DNA of 64,000 nucleotides, taken from assembly GCA_028293125.1 (NCBI GenBank), contig JAQGPJ010000079.1, positions 117,296-181,295 on the forward strand. The letters are read 5' to 3'. The first letter of the stretch is position 1. Each line of letters starts with the position of its first letter. Source of the stretch: Verrucomicrobiales bacterium. Its GTDB lineage: Bacteria > Verrucomicrobiota > Verrucomicrobiia > Verrucomicrobiales > V1-33. The notes beneath the pieces are model-generated. The model ran no database searches and was not told where the DNA came from. It worked only from the letters and a program-made list of their open reading frames with translations. Position numbers and translations under genes: made by a program. Of this stretch, positions 9,254 to 19,032 are shown piece after piece.

Positions 9254-11209
9254 ATGAAAATCCTCCGCTCTCTGGTATGCGTGCTCAGCCTGGTTTCCGT
9301 GCTGCCGGCACAGACTATGCCTGCCAGTCCCCGGGTATTGCCGCCCATCGGTGATAAAATCACGGAGACGGACCGCACGGAGTTGACCGTCCGGCTGACC
9401 GCGCTGGAAAAGGATTTCGCCACCCTGCCAAAAGCTTGCGCCAACGCCAACGCGGAGGTGTTTCTGAAGGCGGTGCGTTATGCTTTGGACCAGCAGGAGT
9501 TTTACCATGCCGACGATACCCGCAAAGCCGGCAGGCTCCTGGATGAGGCGCAGCGCCGCACCGCCTCCCTGCGCAAAGGGGAGGCCCCTTGGATGACCGC
9601 CTCCGGACTGGTGGTGCGGGGCTATTACAGCGCCATCGACGGATCGGCCCAGCCCTTTGCCCTAGAGGTGCCGGAGGATGCGCCGGCGCATCAGGCCCCA
9701 GGCTGGATCTGGCTGCAGGGCCGGGGGGACAACCGCACGGACCTGCATTTTTTGGATGAGCGTCTGAGGAAGGGCGGGCAGTTCCACCCGCCAGGCACCC
9801 TCATCGTGCATGCGTGGGGAAGATACTGCGTGGGCTACAAAAACGCGGGGGAGCAGGATGTGCTGGATGTCCGCGCCTTGCTGGTCCGGGAACAACGGCT
9901 GGACCCGCGCCGCATCGCGCTGGCGGGCTTCTCCATGGGCGGGGCAGGGGCATGGATGGTGGGGGCGCACTATACGGATCTGTGGGCGGTGATGCATGCC
10001 GGAGCCGGTTTTGCGGACGTGCGGCGCTACCGGAAAATGACTGATGCCGACGTGGCCAAACTGCCGGACTGGGAGCGGCTGCTCTGGGGGCAGAATGATG
10101 TGCCGGATTACGCCAGGAACTTGCTGAATGTCCCCGTCATCGCCTACAGCGGCGAGATCGATCCCCAGCGCGCCACTGCTGCAGTCATGGCGGAGGCCTT
10201 TCAGAAAGAGGGGGCAGTGCTTACCCATCTCATCGGTCCTGGAGTACTCCACAAATACGAGGCCGGGGTGAAAAAAGAGGTTGAGGCCCGGATTCAGCAA
10301 GCCCTGCTGCATCCGCCCGCTTCCAGACCGCTCAAACTGACTTTCCAAACCCGCACCCTGGACTACTCCCGCCTCCACTGGCTTCAGGTCACGGGACTGG
10401 AGCGGCATTGGCAGGACAGCCGGGTGGATGCTGCTCTGGACCAGCCTATCCCGCAGGCGCGCCGGCTGGAGCTCACCACTGGAAACATCACCTCCCTCCG
10501 CCTGCAGGCTCCGGAGGGGGAGTCATTCGCCAAAGGCCTTGCCATTCAGATCAATGGCACCTCTTTGGAGATGGACCAGCCTGCGGCGGTCATTCCGCTG
10601 ATCCGGGAAAACGGACGCTGGAGGACCGGGGAACCGCCCGCCCAAGGACTCCGCAAGCAGCCAGAACTTCAAGGTCCCATTGATGATGCTTTCACCGCGC
10701 CCTTTCTGTTCGTGCTGCCTGACCAACCGGGGGCCGTGCCGGAGGTGGATGCCTGGATCCGCGCGGAGGCCGCCGCCCAGCAGTCGCGCTGGCGCTCCCT
10801 CATGCGGGGCGATGTTCGGGCCAAGCCGGCCTCCGCCGTCACCCCGCAGGATATCCGGGACTTCAACCTCATCCTTTGGGGTGATGCCGCTTCCAACGCC
10901 GTGACGGATCAGGTGCTGCCAAAACTGCCGCTCCTCTGGACAGCTGACCGCATTCAGGCCGGGGGCCGCACTTATTCCGCAAAGGACCACGTACCCGTGA
11001 TGATTTACCCCAATCCCCTTAACCCCGCCCGCTATGTGGTGCTCAACAGCGGCCTGACCTTCCGCGAGGCCCACAGCAAAACCAACTCCCTGCAGAATCC
11101 CCACCTCCCGGACTGGGCTGTCCTCAATATCCAATCACCGCCCACCGCCGAATCCGCCGGCCGGGTGGAGGCCGCGGGATTTTTTGACGAGGCATGGGGG
11201 TGGCGGTGA
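9254..11209 (+). CDS. Secreted alpha/beta-hydrolase (S9/esterase-like) with a C-terminal extension
   Basis: ORF 9092..11209. ATG at 9254 gives signal peptide MKILRSLVCVLSLVSVLPA. Nucleophile elbow IALAGFSMGGAGAW (GxSxG). The C-terminal half has no motif I recognise. Confidence 0.7.
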   Translation: MKILRSLVCVLSLVSVLPAQTMPASPRVLPPIGDKITETDRTELTVRLTALEKDFATLPKACANANAEVFLKAVRYALDQQEFYHADDTRKAGRLLDEAQRRTASLRKGEAPWMTASGLVVRGYYSAIDGSAQPFALEVPEDAPAHQAPGWIWLQGRGDNRTDLHFLDERLRKGGQFHPPGTLIVHAWGRYCVGYKNAGEQDVLDVRALLVREQRLDPRRIALAGFSMGGAGAWMVGAHYTDLWAVMHAGAGFADVRRYRKMTDADVAKLPDWERLLWGQNDVPDYARNLLNVPVIAYSGEIDPQRATAAVMAEAFQKEGAVLTHLIGPGVLHKYEAGVKKEVEARIQQALLHPPASRPLKLTFQTRTLDYSRLHWLQVTGLERHWQDSRVDAALDQPIPQARRLELTTGNITSLRLQAPEGESFAKGLAIQINGTSLEMDQPAAVIPLIRENGRWRTGEPPAQGLRKQPELQGPIDDAFTAPFLFVLPDQPGAVPEVDAWIRAEAAAQQSRWRSLMRGDVRAKPASAVTPQDIRDFNLILWGDAASNAVTDQVLPKLPLLWTADRIQAGGRTYSAKDHVPVMIYPNPLNPARYVVLNSGLTFREAHSKTNSLQNPHLPDWAVLNIQSPPTAESAGRVEAAGFFDEAWGWR

Positions 11210-11289
11210 ATTTCCGCCGTGCGCCGTATGCCGCGTGATTCCGGGCGGAAATGCGGACTGTTTGGGAACACGCCAGTTGGTTGGAACGA

Positions 11290-13344
11290 TCAAAACGCAA
11301 AACCGAACGTCAAATGCAGCGCCCCGGCTTTTTCGCCTTCCTTGCGGTTGGGGTTGTAGCCGTAGTCGATGCGGAGGGGGCCGATGGGGAGCTGGTAGCG
11401 GATGCCCATGCCGATGGCGTAGCGAAGGTCCCCGGGAGAGAAAAGGGAGGCCTCCTCATTCACGCTGCCGGCGTCCACAAAGCCGGCCACTTCCAAGTTG
11501 GAGATAACCATATAAGAGAGCTCCGCATTCAGGACTGTGGTGCTGAGGCCCCCCAGGGGAGTGCTGCCGCGCTGGGACTCCGGCCCCATTTCGCGCTCGG
11601 AGAAACTGCGCACAGTGGTGGCGCCTCCGTTGAACAGCCGCTGCTCGATGGGCACCTCCGTCACCGGTTCGGAGCTGTTGAAACTGCTGGAGCGGGCCGC
11701 CACAGCCATGCGCCACTTCTCATTGAAAGGGTGGTACCAGGAGGCGTTGATATCTGTGCGCACGAACCGCAGATCGGCGTCGCCCTTGTCCACGCCGGCC
11801 TCCATGGAGATTCCCGCCAGCCAGCCGCGTCGGGGGTTCAGGGGGTTGTCGCGGAAGTCCAGCGTCAGCCGTCCGCCGCCGCTGATAATGCTGTAATCCC
11901 GCGGGCCCAGTTCCTCCAAGGTCAGCATCGTGCTCTCCGCTGCACTGAGGCTGGTGTTCTGGAAAAGCTCGGCGGTGACGCGGCGGGTGATGCGGCGGGT
12001 GAGGGTGTTGCGCAGGGCCACGGTCCGGCGCTCGTACTCCTTGAAACTGAAAGTCTCAGCATTCAGCGAAACGGCCAGGACATTGCGGGAACCAAAAATG
12101 GCGGGGTCGGTCCATTGCAGGCTGCCGTCCAAGCCCACGGTGCTGGCCTCCGCCCTCACACCCACGGAGTCCCCGGTGTCCATGAAATTCACATGGCGGG
12201 CCTCAGCCCCGAGGAAGGGGCCTTTGAAGGTTTCATAACCGCCGAAGAATCCCAGGGTTTTGGGCTTGGCCTCCTGGCCGGTGATCTGCAGAGCCATGGT
12301 ATTGCTGCTCAGCACTGCCGGTTCCACGTCCAGCCGGTCAAAGATGCCGGTGTCCAGCGCGCGGCGGTGCAGCAGGTCCAGGGTCTCGGGGGCGTAGCGC
12401 TGCTGGGTGGCGGTCAGAAAAACCGACCGCGCCACCCGCTGCGCCCCATTGCTTAAACCCTTGTTCAACCTCACCTCCGTCACATGGAACAGCTCGCCGG
12501 GCAGCACCGTCAGCACCACGGGAACCGCGCCGCCGGACTGCTGCTCACCGGTGACGAGGGAGGAGGTGACCTCCGCACGGTACCAGCCGAGGCTCTGCAG
12601 ATTGCCTTTCAGCTCCTTGCGCAGCGTTTCCAGATTGACCTCATTGAAAGGCTTTCCCGAAAGGTTGGCCGCCTTTTTCCCCACGTCCTCCTTGAATTTG
12701 GACAGGTCCCCCGCCAGCCGCACCTCGCCGAAAAGCGTCTGTGGTCCCGGTTTCAGCACCAGCAGGATGTCCACGGAATCCCCTTTGGCATCGCGTGTGA
12801 AGACTGGAGCCTCCGCCGCAGCGTTCAAATAACCGTCGGCCTGCAGACGCCGCACCACCAGCCCCGTGCCGGCCTGGATGTCGGCCTCCACAAAGGGCAG
12901 GCGTTTGGGTTTCCGCCCCTCCCGCTGCTTGGTCTGGCGCACCAAGTAGGGTTGAAGCTCGGAATTCCTGGACGCCTCCACACCCTCAAAGGTTACCTTG
13001 CCCACATAACGCCTCCGCCCCTCGTCAACCGTCAGCACCACTTTTCCGGCTGCCAGTTGCCAGTCCACGGTGGCGGTCTCATAACCTGTCTGAAGATACC
13101 GGCTTTGGAGAAAAAAGGCCAGATCGTCCGCCAACGGAGGGGAGACTGTCTGATCCCCGGACAGTCCGATCTGTTTTTCCAGAAGCAGACGGGCCGGCTC
13201 CTCCATGGCATCGCTGACGCCATTCAGTTCCAGCGTGATCCCATTCAGGCTGACCACACGTGTCTGCGGCGCAGCCTGGCCAAAGGCCGGAGCAGCCAGC
13301 CACAAGCAGAAAAAAAGTCCGGCCAGTTGGAAAAATCTCATCAT
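11290..13344 (-). CDS. tamA: Omp85-family outer membrane protein (POTRA + surface-antigen barrel), TamA-like partner of TamB
   Basis: ORF 11290..13416. The ATG at 13344 (MMRFFQLAGLFFCLWLAAPAFG) overlaps the tamB TGA stop (ATGA). C-terminal barrel ends ...GALHLTFGFAF. POTRA-like repeats lie in the N-terminal half. Confidence 0.8.
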   Translation of the reverse strand: MMRFFQLAGLFFCLWLAAPAFGQAAPQTRVVSLNGITLELNGVSDAMEEPARLLLEKQIGLSGDQTVSPPLADDLAFFLQSRYLQTGYETATVDWQLAAGKVVLTVDEGRRRYVGKVTFEGVEASRNSELQPYLVRQTKQREGRKPKRLPFVEADIQAGTGLVVRRLQADGYLNAAAEAPVFTRDAKGDSVDILLVLKPGPQTLFGEVRLAGDLSKFKEDVGKKAANLSGKPFNEVNLETLRKELKGNLQSLGWYRAEVTSSLVTGEQQSGGAVPVVLTVLPGELFHVTEVRLNKGLSNGAQRVARSVFLTATQQRYAPETLDLLHRRALDTGIFDRLDVEPAVLSSNTMALQITGQEAKPKTLGFFGGYETFKGPFLGAEARHVNFMDTGDSVGVRAEASTVGLDGSLQWTDPAIFGSRNVLAVSLNAETFSFKEYERRTVALRNTLTRRITRRVTAELFQNTSLSAAESTMLTLEELGPRDYSIISGGGRLTLDFRDNPLNPRRGWLAGISMEAGVDKGDADLRFVRTDINASWYHPFNEKWRMAVAARSSSFNSSEPVTEVPIEQRLFNGGATTVRSFSEREMGPESQRGSTPLGGLSTTVLNAELSYMVISNLEVAGFVDAGSVNEEASLFSPGDLRYAIGMGIRYQLPIGPLRIDYGYNPNRKEGEKAGALHLTFGFAF

Positions 13345-16300
13345 CGGAAGCGGATCAGATAATAAAGCATCCCCCGGAAAGTGCCGGCCTCCGCCACCCG
13401 CCCAATGACGCGCCACTTGGGGTTCAGTTCATACACGGCGGAAACCCCCCGCCGGCTGGCATTGTTGCCGAACAGGGAAAATTCGAACGAGAGGCGCGGC
13501 GGCTCGTCGTCCGCCGTGTCCACGGCCCGTTTTTTGAAGAGCTTGCGGTAGGTTTGCTGAATCAGGATGAACGCCGCGCGGCCCGCCGCCTCGTCGCTGT
13601 TCTGCGTCAGGTCGGAGGTGGTCACGCCGGTGGCCAGCAGAGTGGCGATTTCCCCCTCCGGCAGGGGCGGGCTGGAGGTCAGCCGCACTTTTGGATCCAA
13701 AGCCCGGCCCTGCACCACCACCGTCACCTGACGGCCTCCGGTCAGGGATTCCCCGGTCACATCGATCTGCGGGTCAAACGGATGCGCGGCATCAAAAAAG
13801 AGAGCCCCCCGGGTGATGTTCAACCGGCTGAACGGCAGCTTCACCCACATTTCCTCCAGCCTCACATTCCCCACCAGCACCGGGGCGGTGCCGGATCCCG
13901 TGAGCCGCAGGTCCACGACCCCGTTGCCGCGCGCCACGTTGCCCATCAGGCGGATCGGGTCGCGGGAGCGGATGGCCACATTGAACCGCCATTTATCCAG
14001 CGGAGCGGGGAGGCTGGGAGCAGCCCCGGCTTTGCCGATCCGGGTGGAGGGGGGCGGGGGCGGCAGCTGGTTGGGCAGTGAAAGCGGCAGGAACTCAATT
14101 TCCTTGAACACCCGTCCGCGCACCAGATCGACGGTGCCGGCCACCTCCGCCTGCGAGAGCGTGCCGCGGCAGGTGATGGCGGCATTGGCCCGCATGGAGA
14201 TCGTCTCATCCCGCACCAGCAGCACCTCCTCGGCACTCAGCCTCAGATCCAGTTTTGGGTCCTTCGGCTGTTCAAGGTCCGCCCCGCCATTGATCCGTAG
14301 ACGGCCCCCGGCCAGCAGCACGCTGACATCATCAAGGGTCACGCGTCTGCCATCCGCCCTCAGCCGCAGGCGCACGTCCTTCACGGACGGCAGGGAGGGG
14401 GAATCGAAATCCGCCTCCGGCACCCGGGCCTGCACCGACCCCGCAAACACCGGTTTCCCCACTGTGCCGGTCACCTTCACATCCACTGCCGCCGTGCCTT
14501 TCACGGAGCTCAGCGCCGGCACCCAAGCAGGCAAAAACGCGAGGGAGGACTCCGGCATTCTCATTTCGGCCCGCAATGGCAGCTGATTGGCCGAGCCTGG
14601 GTTCTTCAAAAGCGTCATCACGTCCAGCGGCAGATCCGCGGAAAGCGTCAGTGTCTGCAGCGGTGGCTGGACGGCTGTGCCGTTCAGCGTGAGTTTCCCG
14701 GAGGCCAGGGCCGCATTCAGCTTCACGGTTGCGGGCTGGAGTTCGAGGCCATCCTTCAGCTTCGGTTTGATCTCCGTGGCCGTCACGCTGGCCGTGCCCT
14801 GCAGCTGCCGCAGGGTGCCTTTGAAATCGGCATCCGCCTTCACTTTGGCGGCCACTGGCGGCTCCTGCCCCAGGGATTTGGCCAGCTTGGCCACATCCAG
14901 TTGATCCACGCGCAGCTGCAGGGAAAGCGGCGCATCCAGTGGCAGTGGACCTTCACCCGGGGTCGCCCCTTTCAGGGGCAGGCGGCCATTCAGCGTCACC
15001 AGCCGGTCGTTTTTCAGCCAGCCCTCCAGTTTGGGAATATTGAGATGCGCCCCGTCCCAGAAGGCCCCGCCCGCCGCTTTCCAAGGGCCGGCAGTGACGG
15101 TCATAGTGGTGGCGTTGACCTCACTGCCGGACTGGACGATCTCCGCTTGGAGGCCAAGCACTTCGGGGACTTTGTCCACCTTGAGGCCCTTCACCTGCAC
15201 CGATCCGCTGCCATCCATCCGCAGGGGCTTCAGAATGCCCTCCGCCTGCCATTTCACCTCCGCGGAGCCGGCGGTCAGGGCGGGACCTCCGAAAGTGGTG
15301 CTCCACGGGGAAAGTTTGGCTGCCTGGGGCAGGGAAAGGTCCAGACTGGCTTTCAGGGGCAGCTCGTCTCCGGTGAGGGTTACGGTGCCCGATGCCTGGG
15401 CCTGATTGGCCCCATCCAGCTTCAGCAGCAGTTCGTCCAGGGTGGCCGTGCCGCCGGCACTGTTGGCCCGCAGCCGCAGGGACTGGAGGGAGGCGTCGCG
15501 GATTTTCACAGCATCGGCGTCCAGCGACAGGGTGGCTGTCAGGGCGGCCCAGTCCTTTGCTTTCAACGCCTGCAGGCTGCCGGTGGCCTCCCCTCTGGAG
15601 GTCACCCGGCCGGAGGAGGGCCAGATACCGCCGGGTTTCACCTCGACGGGCACCGAGGCCAGATCCGCGCAGTCCACCTGCCATTTGGCGGACCAAGGCC
15701 GGGGCTCCGTGAGTTCCAGATGGCCGGACGCGGACAGGGTGTTCTGCGCATTGATGCGCACGGCGGCCCGCTCCAGCTTCAGCAGCTGGCCCGCCAGCCG
15801 AGCGTGGGCCTGCACGGACTCCACCGGCACGCCGGAAAGGACCAAGTCCACCGCATCCACCGAGGTGCTGCCACTGAGCAGCGCCTGATTGTCAAAAGCG
15901 GCGGCGGCCTCCGCCTTGACCTTCCCGGTGACGGCGGTGCCGGGCGGGAGCAGCTCCGTCAGCGCCGGGACATCGGCGGAAACAGTGACCTCCCCTTTGG
16001 ACCGACCGATCTTGGCCCATGTGTCCGGCATGGCGGCATTGGCTTTGGCGGTGATGGAGTTGGATCCGGAAGCCGCCGCCAGCTGGGAAACAGTGAGCTT
16101 CCCTCCCGCCAGTCCGGCATCCAGCCGGATGCTCCGCAGATCCACGTTCGGCATGGAGAACGAGCCGCCGGACAGCGCCAGGGTGGCCTCCAGCCTGTCC
16201 GGCCGCAGCACTGGCCCTTTGGCTGACAGGTTCACCTTTTCCCCCCGCCAGGCCATTTGGCCCGAGGGCACTCCCCACCGCACCAGGGAATCCTGACTGA

Positions 16301-17141
16301 TATTGTCCACTTCCAGCGAGGCATCCACCCATAGCTCCGTGAACCAGCCGCCGGATTTCCCGGCCAGCTTCAGCTTCATGTCCGCCTGATGCCCCTCCAG
16401 GGCAAAGGAGGCCTCCGCATCCTGCAGCCGGGCGATATCCACCAGCAGGGATTCCACCACCGTGTCCGGCGTCAGGGTCAGATCCCTGATGCGGAGGGTC
16501 GTGGCCGTCACCTCCGTGGTGCCGCGCACATTCCGCATTTCCGGCAGGGAGGGGAGCGCCAGCCGGCTGACCTGAATGATGCCAGGCTTCGCCGGGTCCA
16601 TGATCAGGGAAAAATCGTCCACTTGAAGCGGCGCGCCGCTTTTCAGCTTCACGCGCAGGTCCACATGCTCCAGTTTTACCGTGGGCAGCCGCACCGCCGG
16701 CAGCTGCGTGGGTTTGGTGGAGGCCGGCTTCGGAGGCTTGGGAACGCCGGGCCGGGTCAGGTCAATTTCAGCATTCAGGTTTTTCACCTCCACCTTCCGC
16801 AGCACTGAGCCCGGTCCTTCACCCCGCAGCGCCCACAGGTCATAATCCAGCATCGCGTGCTCCATGGTCAGGGAGCGGATGACGGAGGCCTCGTTGCCCG
16901 AAAGCTTCACCTCGTCAATGGACAGCCCTGTGAGCAGGGTGCCCGAGGTTTTCCAAGTCCCGGTGAGGCCTTGAGCCGTGAGGGCATTGGTCCCAAAACG
17001 CTGGATAGCCCAATGCCCGAGGGGCCTGTAAAGCACCGCCAGCAGGACCGCCAAAACCAGCACTGCCAGCAGAATCCCCCGCAGCCAGCGGCGGCGGGGA
17101 CGAGGCTTGGCGGGCGCGGGATCAGGTGTTTCGGTGGGCAT
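13341..17141 (-). CDS. tamB: Translocation and assembly module protein TamB (AsmA-like/DUF490)
   Basis: 1266 aa. N-terminal anchor RRWLRGILLAVLVLAVLLAVL, then a long repetitive beta-rich body. C-terminal DUF490-like region ...VRLTSSPPLPEGEIATLLATGVTTSDL...VYELNPKWRVIGRV. Confidence 0.85.
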   Translation of the reverse strand: MPTETPDPAPAKPRPRRRWLRGILLAVLVLAVLLAVLYRPLGHWAIQRFGTNALTAQGLTGTWKTSGTLLTGLSIDEVKLSGNEASVIRSLTMEHAMLDYDLWALRGEGPGSVLRKVEVKNLNAEIDLTRPGVPKPPKPASTKPTQLPAVRLPTVKLEHVDLRVKLKSGAPLQVDDFSLIMDPAKPGIIQVSRLALPSLPEMRNVRGTTEVTATTLRIRDLTLTPDTVVESLLVDIARLQDAEASFALEGHQADMKLKLAGKSGGWFTELWVDASLEVDNISQDSLVRWGVPSGQMAWRGEKVNLSAKGPVLRPDRLEATLALSGGSFSMPNVDLRSIRLDAGLAGGKLTVSQLAAASGSNSITAKANAAMPDTWAKIGRSKGEVTVSADVPALTELLPPGTAVTGKVKAEAAAAFDNQALLSGSTSVDAVDLVLSGVPVESVQAHARLAGQLLKLERAAVRINAQNTLSASGHLELTEPRPWSAKWQVDCADLASVPVEVKPGGIWPSSGRVTSRGEATGSLQALKAKDWAALTATLSLDADAVKIRDASLQSLRLRANSAGGTATLDELLLKLDGANQAQASGTVTLTGDELPLKASLDLSLPQAAKLSPWSTTFGGPALTAGSAEVKWQAEGILKPLRMDGSGSVQVKGLKVDKVPEVLGLQAEIVQSGSEVNATTMTVTAGPWKAAGGAFWDGAHLNIPKLEGWLKNDRLVTLNGRLPLKGATPGEGPLPLDAPLSLQLRVDQLDVAKLAKSLGQEPPVAAKVKADADFKGTLRQLQGTASVTATEIKPKLKDGLELQPATVKLNAALASGKLTLNGTAVQPPLQTLTLSADLPLDVMTLLKNPGSANQLPLRAEMRMPESSLAFLPAWVPALSSVKGTAAVDVKVTGTVGKPVFAGSVQARVPEADFDSPSLPSVKDVRLRLRADGRRVTLDDVSVLLAGGRLRINGGADLEQPKDPKLDLRLSAEEVLLVRDETISMRANAAITCRGTLSQAEVAGTVDLVRGRVFKEIEFLPLSLPNQLPPPPPSTRIGKAGAAPSLPAPLDKWRFNVAIRSRDPIRLMGNVARGNGVVDLRLTGSGTAPVLVGNVRLEEMWVKLPFSRLNITRGALFFDAAHPFDPQIDVTGESLTGGRQVTVVVQGRALDPKVRLTSSPPLPEGEIATLLATGVTTSDLTQNSDEAAGRAAFILIQQTYRKLFKKRAVDTADDEPPRLSFEFSLFGNNASRRGVSAVYELNPKWRVIGRVAEAGTFRGMLYYLIRFR

Positions 17142-17348
17142 GGGAAACAGGCGTGTCAGTGTGGCCCGCCACTTGAAAAGGGCAAACGAACGGTATTGCG
17201 GTTCAGGATGCTCTAAAAACCCGCCTTCCCGGAATGCATACTGGGTTTAATCACCCCTTCAACGGCTGGAAAAACCCAGCCGGGACCGCTTTCGGTTGTC
17301 CCGCGGAGTTGCGCGGATTCTGCTCCTCCGGAGAAAATTCGGACATCC

Positions 17349-18949
17349 ATGCCTCCGCTCCTGTCAAAAATGTCCCGTACCGCTCTCTTCCTCCGCCGGC
17401 TGATGTGGCTGACGGTGATGGCGGTGGCGCTGATCCATGCCGGATGCGCCGCAGTTCCCGGCAGCCATCCTCCTTCCGGCGCGGAGGGCGCGGATGTGGT
17501 ATCCCGTGCGGCGGAAGCCTGGGCTCAATGGAGCGGTCGGCTGGACAACCCGGAAATGCGCCGCCGCTGTGACCGCACTCTGCGCCGTCTGGTAAAGTGG
17601 GTGGACAGGGTGCCGATGGACCGGCGGGAGTCCGCCTTGCAGGCCGCTGGCCTGGTGATGGAGATGGACCGGCTTGAGGAGGAGGGCGTCAACCGCTTCA
17701 CACCGGCGGATGAGGTGGACCAATCAGTCCTGCTGCACTGCCACCGTCGGGAGGGCACGGGATTGCCGGTGGTGGCCTGGCGCGCCAATGACGGGTCGGG
17801 CCGGTGGGACTCGCTGCGCCCGCCCGAGGGGCTTTTGCCCCGGCGACGGCGGTGCTGGACCGGCTGCCGGATGGCCGGGCGCGACTGCGGTTTCTCTCGC
17901 CGGTGAACCGTGCGGAGGTGGAGCTGGCCGGCAGACTCCACCCCTTGACCGCCGATTTCAGTGCCCCCGTGGCCACGCTGGCCTCCCGCGCGGCGGCGCT
18001 GCGCCGCAGCGCCTTCAGCAGCATGTTGGACTCCGGGAAAAACGCCCGCCGGGAAAAGCTCTATCTCATCCAGCCTTATGACCCGGACCGCATTCCCCTG
18101 CTGATGGTGCATGGTCTGAAATCGACGCCGGTCGCTTTCACCAATCTGGTGAACGATCTGCTGGCCGATCCGGAAATCCGCCGCCGCTATCAGATCTGGC
18201 ACTACCGTTACCCCACCGGCACCCCGGTGCTGATGAACGCCATGACGCTCCGCCGGGTGCTGGGGGAAACCCTGCGGAAACTGGATCCCAGTGGGCAGGA
18301 TTTCGCCACGCATCACATGGTGGTCATCGGTCACAGCATGGGCGGGGTCATCAGCCACACGCTGGCGCCGGACTCCGGCTGGACTCTGTGGGACAGCGCG
18401 GTGGCGAAGCGCCCCGGCCAGCTGGCGGGACCTCCCGAGGCGCTGGCAGTGCTGCGCGATCTCTATATCTTCCGGCCCAATCCGGCGGTCCGCCGCGTGA
18501 TCTTTGTGGCGGCTCCGCACCGGGGCAGCCTCTGGGCGGACAACTGGCTGGGGTCCCTGGGCCAACGGCTGCTGAAAACCCGATCCCGCCGTTATCCAGG
18601 CGCTGCGCCCGGCGGTGGATCCCAACCGCGCCTTCATCACCCCGTACTTGGTCCACCTGATTGACGAGGGCAAGGTCAGCTCCATCCGCACCCTGTCCGG
18701 TCGCAGCCCGGCGCTGATGGCTCTATCCGGCATTCCGCCCGCCGCGCCCTTCCACAGCATCATCGGGCAAAAGCACCCCGGCCCCGTGGCGCTGGGGTCC
18801 GATGGCTTGTGACCTATGCCAGCAGCCATCTGGACGGCGCGGAGTCCGAACTGGTGGTTCCCTATGGCCACAACGCCCATCTGCATCCGCAGGCTGTGGC
18901 GGAGATCCGCCGCATTGTGCTGAAGCACTTGAAGGCCGGAGGGAACTGA
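17349..18949 (+). pseudogene. Lipoprotein alpha/beta-hydrolase (lipase/esterase-like) split over four frame segments
   Basis: The protein sense continues across frames (coordinate mod 3 = 0, 2, 0, 2).
- Segment 1, from 17349: lipobox LIHAGC.
- Segment 2, ORF 17804..18664: LLMVHGLKSTP and GHSMGG.
- Segment 3, open from about 18576 to 18812: ...AVDPNRAFITPYLVHLIDEG...FHSIIGQK.
- Segment 4, 18809..18949: VTYASSHLDGAESELVVPYGHNAHLHPQAVAEIRRIV. Confidence 0.6.
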
Positions 18950-19032
18950 TGCTGACAGTATCCAATCCTGACCGATCGCAAAAGTCAGTCAGGATAGACA
19001 CGCTTGGGTATCCTGATGGCAAATTCACCGGT

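Noticed and set aside
11251-16226. Plus-strand ORFs (401, 292, 273, 257 and 441 aa and others) across the tamA/tamB region
   Set aside because: All are antisense to tamA/tamB and are Gly/Arg/His/Pro-rich. The minus-strand products have a coherent Omp85 and TamB architecture and an ATGA-coupled junction.
17525-18928. 467-aa minus-strand ORF spanning the frameshifted hydrolase region
   Set aside because: I considered it as the real gene instead of a pseudogene call. Its translation is Arg/Gly/Pro/His-rich with no motif. The plus strand shows a lipobox, GHSMGG and colinear hydrolase blocks once the frames are joined.
17349-18949. Possibility that the three frameshifts are only sequencing or assembly errors
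   Set aside because: This is not fully rejected. Two junctions are at homopolymers, so it remains possible. I kept the pseudogene call at moderate confidence because no other gene in 64 kb shows frame breaks.
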